Of a stretch of DNA of 64,000 nucleotides, positions 35,693 through 43,235 are shown piece by piece. The stretch is taken from the NCBI GenBank assembly GCA_016789105.1, contig JAEURN010000010.1, forward strand, positions 51,348 to 115,347. The letters run 5' to 3'. Each line of letters begins with the position of its first letter. Position 1 is the stretch's first letter. The position numbers were made by a program, and so were the translations under genes. Source of the stretch: Armatimonadota bacterium. GTDB lineage: Bacteria; Armatimonadota; Fimbriimonadia; Fimbriimonadales; Fimbriimonadaceae. The notes under the pieces are model-generated. The model had not been told where the DNA came from, did not search any database, and saw nothing but the letters and a program-made list of their open reading frames with translations.

Positions 35693-36187
35693 TCAGCGCG
35701 GCGAAAGGATTTGGACTTCGGCCCGCGAACCTGCACCCTGGTCTCCGACCACTGTGACGATGGCCGACTTGCCATCTTTGAGCGTCCCCACCAAGAGCGT
35801 CCCGGTTTTGCCCGATGGCTTGCCTTTGGCTTTCATTTCCTTTTCATAGAACCGGACCACATTTTCTTGCGGGTCGCTGGTCAACAACGTATAGAACACG
35901 GTCACCGATTTCGGGTCGGTTTTGCGGTAGGCGGTGTCGGCCTTGGCCACCGAACCGGGGTAGAGGGTCAACCCGTATTGCGCGAGATCTTGGTCGGGGA
36001 GGAGTTCGGTTGTGCTGCCATCGGCCCCTTCGATCTTCTGTGTCCCTTTCGCCTGGTTTGAAAACTGTTCACGGCGCAGGCCGGCACGGCGGGCCGCCTC
36101 TTCCGGAGTGACCTGTTTGGAAACCGGGGCGGGGGCACATCCGGCAATGCCCGCCACGGCCAAGACGGCGAAAAGGATCGGCTTCAT
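35693..36187 (-). CDS. Hypothetical lipoprotein
   Basis: Lipobox IAGC; start overlaps the gmhA stop (ATGT/TGA junction at 36184-36187). Confidence 0.7.
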   Translation of the reverse strand: MKPILFAVLAVAGIAGCAPAPVSKQVTPEEAARRAGLRREQFSNQAKGTQKIEGADGSTTELLPDQDLAQYGLTLYPGSVAKADTAYRKTDPKSVTVFYTLLTSDPQENVVRFYEKEMKAKGKPSGKTGTLLVGTLKDGKSAIVTVVGDQGAGSRAEVQILSPR

Positions 36188-36762
36188 GTGTTGAACAACA
36201 GACGTTCCACACCGGCAATGAGGATGTGGACGACCTTGATATGGAGTTCTTGGACCCGGTCGGCGTATTGTCCACCGGGCGTGGCAAGGCAAAGGTCGCA
36301 CCGTGCCGCCAACGGGCTATCTGCCTTGCCGGTGAGTCCAAGGACGGTGACGCCGGCGGCCTTGGCGGCTTCGGCGGCGGCCAAGATGTTTTTGCTCGAA
36401 CCGCTGGTGGAGAACAAGACGAGCACGTCGCCCGGTTTGCAGTGCGCCTGCACGGCCCGGCTGTAAACGTGTTCGAATCCATAGTCGTTGCCGACACAGG
36501 TGAGGTAGCCGGGATCAGAAAAGGCAATGGCGGCCAGGGCGGGGCGGTCGTGCCGGTACCGCCCGCTGAGTTCTTCGGCAAAGTGCATGGCGTCGCACAT
36601 GGAACCGCCGTTCCCTGCCGACCAGACTCGGCCGCCCGACCGCAGGCAGTCGGCCACCATGCCGATCCCTTGTTCGATTTTGGAAAGCGCAGCCTCGTCA
36701 GTGATCAGGTTTGCAAGGGCCGCTTGAGCTTGCATCAGTTCCTCCAACACCATCGATCTCAC
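36184..36762 (-). CDS. gmhA: Sedoheptulose-7-phosphate isomerase
   Basis: GNGGSMCDAMHFAEEL, NDYGFEHVYSR, STSGSSKN and DRVQELHIKVVH motifs. Confidence 0.93.
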   Translation of the reverse strand: MRSMVLEELMQAQAALANLITDEAALSKIEQGIGMVADCLRSGGRVWSAGNGGSMCDAMHFAEELSGRYRHDRPALAAIAFSDPGYLTCVGNDYGFEHVYSRAVQAHCKPGDVLVLFSTSGSSKNILAAAEAAKAAGVTVLGLTGKADSPLAARCDLCLATPGGQYADRVQELHIKVVHILIAGVERLLFNT

Positions 36763-37190
36763 AGGCCCAATCTCCTCTGAAGTGATTCTTGCAACATCCG
36801 GTCGGATTCTGGGTCATAGGGTTTGGCGATGGCCCAGTCATCGAGCCAGATCGGCTTGGTCCGAACCACCTCGGGCTCATCGACCCAACGCGGGATGGCG
36901 TGGGCATGGAGCGCCGGTTCTTGGTTGCCTAGGATTTCATAATTGACCCGGTCCGCCCCGGTTTCGGCGAGGATCGCATCACCGAGCCGCCCCAAATCGG
37001 CCCAGAATTTGGCCCGCGCCTCTGCATCCAATTCGTTGAGGTGCCCGACAACGGGGTCTGGATAGAGGAGGCAGTACCCCGCCCGAATCTGGGGATCGCC
37101 CAGGACGGCCCAGCCCGAGGGCATCCGGCCAAGGCAACGCGCCAGTGTTCCGGCTCGGCACTCTTCGACGAATCGGTGGATTGCTGTCAT
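36759..37190 (-). CDS. HIT-like nucleotide hydrolase
   Basis: GYCLL and VNYEILGNQEPALHAHAIPRW motifs. Confidence 0.8.
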   Translation of the reverse strand: MTAIHRFVEECRAGTLARCLGRMPSGWAVLGDPQIRAGYCLLYPDPVVGHLNELDAEARAKFWADLGRLGDAILAETGADRVNYEILGNQEPALHAHAIPRWVDEPEVVRTKPIWLDDWAIAKPYDPESDRMLQESLQRRLGL

Positions 37191-39883
37191 GGTCGAACCT
37201 GTTTGGCGACCCGGGCCACGTTGGGCAGCGGGTCTTTGACGAGAGCGACAAACGCTTCCCGATACTGTTCCGGACACCTGCCATTGAGTTCCAAGAGCGC
37301 GGTGATGCGGACTCCGGGGCGGGGGTCGCTGAGGGCCGCCCCGACGACATCAAGGCTGTTAAACATATTGAGGCGGCTCATGATGACGACGCCTGTCCGG
37401 GCTTTGCGCTCATCGGCCTCGGAAATCAAAACCTTCCCCAAGGCCTCGGCCTGTTGCGGACTGGTCAACACCAACCGGATGGCCGCATCCTTGACAAAGG
37501 GGTCGGGGGAATCCACATAGTTTGCCGCCGTCCCGACCGAACTGGGGTCACCGATTTCTGCGAGAGCGGCCATGGCGGTCCGTTGGGTGATGGGGTCGGC
37601 CTGGAAGAGCGTAGGCAGGATGGCATCGACGCAGCCCCGGGCTTTGAGGGTTCCGGCCGCCCGGATGGCAAGGTCGCGCAGAGCCGGCTTTTCTTTGATG
37701 ACCCGCGGGAGGATTGCGGCGATATCGGCGATGTTGCCTTCAGCCCCGATCCTGATCACGGCTTCGAGTTCCTTATCGTTGCCGCCCAATGCTTTCCGCC
37801 CGAGCGCAGCCACGGCGTCGATTCCAATCCCATTGACGATTCGGGCCCAAGCGCGGACAGCCAAGCGGTCGACAGAGGCAAGCCGATTGGCCACCATCCA
37901 TTCAAAGGCGGGAAGCCCGATCCCGATCAATTGGTTGACAGAGTCGTCCACCGCCTTTTGCGATGAGCCGACACGCCATCCGGTTGCGGTTTCATAGAGT
38001 TTTGCAATTTCCGAGTCCGCCGGTTTGGGAATGGATCCGGGGGCAGGTGGCGGCGCCGGTGCCTCCGATGGCCCTGGCCTTTGGGTTGTGGGCTCGTCGC
38101 TTCTGATCGCGGTTTGGGGGGCAACGACGGCCGCCCCATTGGACATACCACCGGGATACAGGTCGTCGCCATCAAGGTCGACGAACACGCCGAGCGACAT
38201 CATCGACCGAGCCGCCTGGGCAAACCCGGGCTCCCCGGAATACCGGTCGATCCCGCCGGAATCGACAAAGATCCCGATCCCGTTGCTCACCCCGGTACCT
38301 GGCCGGGCATCGCGGGCGGCGTAGACATCATTGCCAGACCGATCGAGGAAAAAGGCCAAACCGTAGTCGTGCCCAATCCCTTGGGCCGCGCCGAACTGGG
38401 TCAGGTAGCCGTCATCCCCAGACAAGTCGAATAGGTAGGCGCTTGTCAAATGCATCGCGCTCGATTGGGCATAGTGGTAGGCGCGATAGTTGTCATGCCC
38501 TCCGGCATCGTAGAGCGAACCCAGCGAAAACCAGTAGCTGGCCGCCTGGCAATAAGTTTCCCCCAGATAGTTGTCATTTCCTGCGCCATCTGTGAGCAGA
38601 CCGACACCGCCCGGCACGCCCCCCGCATCGTCCCGGAACCCCATCCCAAAGCCTTGGGCCTCCGAATAGTAGACATCGTCGAACAAGGGGGAGTTCAAGA
38701 TGAGGCCCCCGGCCTGGTACAAGTCGTCGCCTTTTCCGTCAACCAACCACCCGAGCCCCTGGCTTCGTCCCACCCCTTGGCCCATCACGCCGATCTTATA
38801 CAAATCGTCTCCGCCGGAATCGGAAAGGATGCCCAGGCCGAACATGCCAAAACCCTCACCGACCGATGACATCCGGTAGTAGTCGTTGCCTGCAGACTTT
38901 AACAAAACCCCAACCCCGGCAATCCCAGACCCAAAGTTGACGTTCTGACCTTCAAACCTATCGTCACCACCTTCATCGATGGCAATGCCGACTCCCAAAA
39001 CCCCAGCCCCGACGCTGAGGTCGGGAACGCGGTAAGTGTCGTTGCCACCCAGGTCGATGAGCACCGACGTGTACCCCACCCCTGCACCATGCCGACCAGA
39101 GTAGGAATCGTCCCCGCCGAGGTCGATGGTGATCCGCGCGTCTCGCTCACCGTGGGAATCGGGTCCCACCCCGCCCACGACAACCGGCAGACCGGCGATG
39201 GTGTATCGGTTCTTCCCGGTCATGTCCCACTTACCCGCCTTTAATTTGGCCGATGCCTCTTGTGCGGCGGAAAGCACCGAGAGCCCCGCCCGGCAAATCA
39301 GGCCCAGGTCGACTTTTTTCAAGAGTTCCTGGCAACCCTCGATCGGCAGGACGGGCCCTTGGACATAGGAAATTGCGATGGAGCGGTCATCAGGCGCGAG
39401 CGCCGAAAGGCTCTCGATGAGTTGGCGTTGCTCTGATGGGGTCAGGGCAGAAACCGCTTTTCGGATGGCCGCATCGGCTGAGACCAAGGTTTCGGCAAGT
39501 GGCCGGATGGCGGCCAGTAGTTCTTCAGGGCAATTGCTGGTTTCGCCCGGGGGCACGGCAGGGATCGGGTCGCTCAGGGGGATTCCCGTCGCCGGGGTGA
39601 CAACCTCGGCAAACACCTGCTTCCAATCCCGCGAGATCCCGAGGCGGTGGCAGTGCATGAGCTTGCCGCTGAATCCCATTGGGTCGCCCATCCCGTCGCG
39701 GATCCAATCGCTGAGTGCCATGGTCCGGAAAGGAGACCGGTCGCTTTTGAGGTCGTCCAACCGAAAATTGGCAAGATAGAGGGCGTCTTCAAGCCCGCGA
39801 ACCTCCCGTTCGTCCAATTGGGCAGCCGCCATGCCGACAAGGCTTAGCGCGAGAACGGCCATCAGGGCTCGAGGCACCATCAA
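37187..39883 (-). CDS. Secreted protein with 12 DxxGxDxY repeats and C-terminal HEAT/PBS-like repeats
   Basis: Signal peptide; repeats counted from the translation; helical repeats such as RTAMAALAEIGD and PGVRITALLEL. Confidence 0.75.
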   Translation of the reverse strand: MMVPRALMAVLALSLVGMAAAQLDEREVRGLEDALYLANFRLDDLKSDRSPFRTMALSDWIRDGMGDPMGFSGKLMHCHRLGISRDWKQVFAEVVTPATGIPLSDPIPAVPPGETSNCPEELLAAIRPLAETLVSADAAIRKAVSALTPSEQRQLIESLSALAPDDRSIAISYVQGPVLPIEGCQELLKKVDLGLICRAGLSVLSAAQEASAKLKAGKWDMTGKNRYTIAGLPVVVGGVGPDSHGERDARITIDLGGDDSYSGRHGAGVGYTSVLIDLGGNDTYRVPDLSVGAGVLGVGIAIDEGGDDRFEGQNVNFGSGIAGVGVLLKSAGNDYYRMSSVGEGFGMFGLGILSDSGGDDLYKIGVMGQGVGRSQGLGWLVDGKGDDLYQAGGLILNSPLFDDVYYSEAQGFGMGFRDDAGGVPGGVGLLTDGAGNDNYLGETYCQAASYWFSLGSLYDAGGHDNYRAYHYAQSSAMHLTSAYLFDLSGDDGYLTQFGAAQGIGHDYGLAFFLDRSGNDVYAARDARPGTGVSNGIGIFVDSGGIDRYSGEPGFAQAARSMMSLGVFVDLDGDDLYPGGMSNGAAVVAPQTAIRSDEPTTQRPGPSEAPAPPPAPGSIPKPADSEIAKLYETATGWRVGSSQKAVDDSVNQLIGIGLPAFEWMVANRLASVDRLAVRAWARIVNGIGIDAVAALGRKALGGNDKELEAVIRIGAEGNIADIAAILPRVIKEKPALRDLAIRAAGTLKARGCVDAILPTLFQADPITQRTAMAALAEIGDPSSVGTAANYVDSPDPFVKDAAIRLVLTSPQQAEALGKVLISEADERKARTGVVIMSRLNMFNSLDVVGAALSDPRPGVRITALLELNGRCPEQYREAFVALVKDPLPNVARVAKQVRP

Positions 39884-39892
39884 TTGGCTAGT

Positions 39893-40975
39893 CTAACCGA
39901 TGGACGGGTTCATGAGTTTGGCGACGGCTTGGGCAAGCGGGATTGACCGCAAGCGGGGCTCATCCAATGCCCTGGCGTCGAACGGGATTTGGTTGGGGGC
40001 CGCGGACGGCCCGATCATCAATCCGAGCCCCCCTGGGCAAAGGATGCCCACACGGATATGTCCAGCTTTGCGGATCGATTCCGCCAGGGGTTCCCAACCG
40101 AACCTGTCGAAACGGTTCAGGGCGAACTCGGCTTCCTCTGCCCGACCATCCAGCGACGCGGCTAATTTTTGGTCGATGAGGATGTCCGTTCCTTCCCCGC
40201 GGGCATGGGCGGCCACGGCCGATTCCGAAACGTGGATGCCGTCCCGGAATCCCTGTCGGGGCGCATGCCGGTAACCCGCCAAATTCGCCAGACCGGCTGC
40301 ATAGAGCGAATCCGAATAAAGCGTGGCCGATTCACCTCGGGCGAGGGCCAGGTTCGGCAATTTGGGCATGAACCCAAAGCTGTGAGGCCAAAGGAGATTC
40401 GCTTTTGGCATTCCCTCGCCTTCCCGGATGCGGTTGAATTCCAAGCCATCCAACAGATTGAGCGAATCATCGATGAGTTGCCGCAGGGCCGGCTCGCCAT
40501 CCCCTTGGGGCAAGTGCCGAGTATAGGTTTCTCCGAGGACTTCGCCAACTTTTTGGCAATGGATATCCAAAGATCCCCGTTCCCAAACCAGGGCGTGGAC
40601 CGTGTCCTCACCGGGGATCGGAGTCAACGTTTTGGTGGCCAGTCGGGTGAATTGGGCGGTGGCTTCAGCCAGTTCGGAAGGCGGGATATGGCCGACCTCG
40701 CCAACGATTCCATCAGCGTCCACCGAGAGCAGGGTTAACTCAAAGCACACGCTCCGCTCTGGCGGTTCGATTTTGAGTGCGGCGGCGATCAGCGGGCCGT
40801 TTGCAGCCTCTTGCGCACCGTCCAGTCCGAGGAGGGCCAGCCGGCTATCAAGCGGCCCGATCCGGACGACCTCGCCGTAGCCGGCAAGCTGCTGCAATCC
40901 AGGCAGGAGGCTTTGCCAGACCGGCTCTTGTCCTTGGGTCATCGCCCCAGGGAAAATCCACACCTTAGCCGGCAT
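39893..40975 (-). CDS. ApgM-like (cofactor-independent phosphoglycerate mutase fold) protein, catalytically degenerate
   Basis: GPLxAAALxI, LIDDSLNLL...NRxRxxEG..KANLLW pattern typical of ApgM; metal-ligand motifs absent. Confidence 0.55.
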   Translation of the reverse strand: MPAKVWIFPGAMTQGQEPVWQSLLPGLQQLAGYGEVVRIGPLDSRLALLGLDGAQEAANGPLIAAALKIEPPERSVCFELTLLSVDADGIVGEVGHIPPSELAEATAQFTRLATKTLTPIPGEDTVHALVWERGSLDIHCQKVGEVLGETYTRHLPQGDGEPALRQLIDDSLNLLDGLEFNRIREGEGMPKANLLWPHSFGFMPKLPNLALARGESATLYSDSLYAAGLANLAGYRHAPRQGFRDGIHVSESAVAAHARGEGTDILIDQKLAASLDGRAEEAEFALNRFDRFGWEPLAESIRKAGHIRVGILCPGGLGLMIGPSAAPNQIPFDARALDEPRLRSIPLAQAVAKLMNPSIG

Positions 40976-41729
40976 TTTTGGGTCTCCGGTTGGCCAGCCA
41001 AAACACGAACAAAAACGCACTCATGCCACAAAAATCCAAGACGACATCCGCAACTTGGCCGGTGCGTGTGCCCGGCGAGAACCGTTGTTGGTATTCATCA
41101 AAGACCGCGATTGGCAAAGCCCACAGGTAGGCGAACAACACCGACCTGGACAAGTTGCCCGAAACCCTCAGGGCCACGTGGGCGGTGGCCAGCGCGGTCG
41201 TCCCGTATCCTATGAAGTGGAGCGACTTCCTCGTCGCGACGACGTAGTTTTGTGCGGTCTGCCACTCGCTGGCCGGCAGTCCGAACAGTCGCAAGTAGAA
41301 GTCTTGGAGCCAAGGGGTTGCCCCTTTTGGGCCGCTGGCATAGGCGATGAACAGCCCGAATCCGGTCGCCAAGACCAGGGCCAGGAGCCAAACCATCCCT
41401 TGCTGGCCCCGGAGGTTCCACACTAACACGCCGGCCAAAACCGCCAATCCGGCGACCGTCACCAACCAGGTGCGCCCAGGCACCAGTTCGACCATAGGAT
41501 GCCCCACCGCCCACAAAAGCAAAAAGATGGCGCCATAGGCAAATACAAACAGGGCATGGTTGCGGAACGGAAGGCTTTCGCGGAACCCGGCCACGACCAG
41601 GCCGAGCACCAGGATCAACAACAGCGGGGCCTGGATTTGCAGGCCCATCGATCCCCATTTGGCCGACTGCAAAACGGCGAGCAGGGCAAACGCCCCTGCC
41701 GCCCACCACCGTAGGTTGCCGTTATCCAC
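40965..41729 (-). CDS. VanZ-like family membrane protein
   Basis: RKSLHFIGY, FDEYQQRFSPGxRTGQVADVVLD motifs; multiple TM helices. Confidence 0.8.
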   Translation of the reverse strand: MDNGNLRWWAAGAFALLAVLQSAKWGSMGLQIQAPLLLILVLGLVVAGFRESLPFRNHALFVFAYGAIFLLLWAVGHPMVELVPGRTWLVTVAGLAVLAGVLVWNLRGQQGMVWLLALVLATGFGLFIAYASGPKGATPWLQDFYLRLFGLPASEWQTAQNYVVATRKSLHFIGYGTTALATAHVALRVSGNLSRSVLFAYLWALPIAVFDEYQQRFSPGTRTGQVADVVLDFCGMSAFLFVFWLANRRPKNAG

Positions 41730-41772
41730 AGGATCATCCTACCGGGCAGCCGACAAGGGGCATAATCCCGAT

Positions 41773-42555
41773 GTGCGAATCTTGGTGACCAACGACGACG
41801 GCATCCACGCGGAAGGGATCGCCGTGTTGGCGAGGGTAGCCAAGCAGTTTGGCGAGGTCGCCGTTTGCGCTCCAGACCGCGAAAAAAGCGCCTGCGGCCA
41901 CGGCATGACGCTCCACGACCCGTTGCGGGTACGGCCCCACGAAGTCGAAGGATGCCGCGGCTATGTGGTTAACGGATTGCCGGTGGATTGCGTCAACATC
42001 GGTTTGGCCGAGGCATTCCCTGATGGGTGCGACCTTGTGCTGAGCGGGATCAACAATGGGCCGAACCTCGGGTTCGACATCACTTATTCCGGGACGGTGG
42101 CCGGAGCCATGGAAGGGTGCATCAATGGGATCGCCAGCATCGCCCTCAGCATGGCGGTTTTTGTCAGCGGCGCGCCGCTCCACTATGAAACCGGCGAAGC
42201 GTGGCTCAATGAAAACCTCGGCTGCCTGATCCCGCTGGCCCCGAAATCGGGCAGCTTTTTGAATGTGAACATCCCGGCCATCGCCTTTGAAGAAATCGAA
42301 GGGGTGCGGGTCTGCGGAATGGGGAAACGAGTCTATGAAGAGCGTGTGGAACGCCGCGACGACCCTTGGGGCCGGCCCTACTATTGGCAAGGTGGGGTTG
42401 CGGTCATGGACGGTTCTGAGCCGGGGACAGACGTCGACGCCATCCGCAACCACTACGTGTCGGTGACCCCAGTGTCTTTGGATTGGACTGACCACGCGGC
42501 ACTCGGCTCCTTGGCGGAGGCGCTATCCGGGCCCTCGCCCCTCCATGGCAGGTGA
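41773..42555 (+). CDS. surE: 5'/3'-nucleotidase SurE
   Basis: RILVTNDDGI, APDREKSA, VLSGINxGPNLG and YSGTVAGAMEG motifs; GTG start at 41773. Confidence 0.95.
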   Translation: MRILVTNDDGIHAEGIAVLARVAKQFGEVAVCAPDREKSACGHGMTLHDPLRVRPHEVEGCRGYVVNGLPVDCVNIGLAEAFPDGCDLVLSGINNGPNLGFDITYSGTVAGAMEGCINGIASIALSMAVFVSGAPLHYETGEAWLNENLGCLIPLAPKSGSFLNVNIPAIAFEEIEGVRVCGMGKRVYEERVERRDDPWGRPYYWQGGVAVMDGSEPGTDVDAIRNHYVSVTPVSLDWTDHAALGSLAEALSGPSPLHGR

Positions 42556-42818
42556 TTTCACTCATGACGTTTGAAGGGCAGCTGTTGCAAACGCTTTCGG
42601 GAGAGACCGTGCTCGAAGTTCTGCTGCGCCACCATATTCCGATTGGCTATTCCTGTCTGGCCGGTGAGTGTTTGAGTTGCACTGTCCGATGCGTTGCCGG
42701 GTCTCCACCACCAGAATCGCAAGAGGGCCTGACAAACCGGATGGTGCGGCTCGGGCATTTTAAGGCATGCCAATGCCCCGCCGACAAGGTGGATCAAGTC
42801 GCGCGGGCTTGCGGCTAA
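42552..42818 (+). CDS. Small 2Fe-2S ferredoxin-type protein
   Basis: GETVLE...SCLAGECLSC...ACQ Fer2 Cys pattern; GTGA overlap with surE. Confidence 0.75.
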   Translation: MISLMTFEGQLLQTLSGETVLEVLLRHHIPIGYSCLAGECLSCTVRCVAGSPPPESQEGLTNRMVRLGHFKACQCPADKVDQVARACG

Positions 42819-43210
42819 TTCCTGCCCTTTTGACGGTTGAAATACCGGACACCATCGTTAGGCTTGAAGAATGTCCGGATGACCTTATCCCGGTTGTAGG
42901 CCAAGAATCCTCCGGTGGAAAAATCGAACTTGGTGATGACGCCATCGGGCCGGTAGGCGATCAAGATTGCTTTGCCGTCCGCCTGGGAATCGCGGAGGGT
43001 CTGCGCCATGAGGAGATACTGCGGCTGGGTGATTTGGCCGAATTCGCGGCCATGTTTTGAAAAGTGTTCCCGCAGGGCTTCTGGATCCCGAAACCCGATC
43101 TGGGTATTCACGTTGGGTGGCGCGGCAGGCGGCAATTCCGGGGCGGGCGGGGCGGCGGCGCACCCAGTCAGAACCCAAGCGAATGCCAAAACCAGCGGCT
43201 GCGCGCGCAT
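42815..43210 (-). CDS. Lipoprotein with a polymorphic-toxin-like (putative BECR-fold RNase) domain
   Basis: Lipobox LTGC; EHFSKHGREFG...Y...A...RPDG...FD...G...IRTFFKPNDGVRYF. Confidence 0.55.
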   Translation of the reverse strand: MRAQPLVLAFAWVLTGCAAAPPAPELPPAAPPNVNTQIGFRDPEALREHFSKHGREFGQITQPQYLLMAQTLRDSQADGKAILIAYRPDGVITKFDFSTGGFLAYNRDKVIRTFFKPNDGVRYFNRQKGRN

Positions 43211-43235
43211 TTCCTCAAGTATGCTCGCCGGCACG

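Noticed and set aside
36470-36480. GTTCGAATCC tRNA T-arm-like sequence
   Set aside because: It lies inside gmhA coding sequence with no cloverleaf context.
42972-43235. N-terminal extension of the S9 peptidase ORF
   Set aside because: It overlaps the opposite-strand lipoprotein; the signal peptide begins at ATG 43236.
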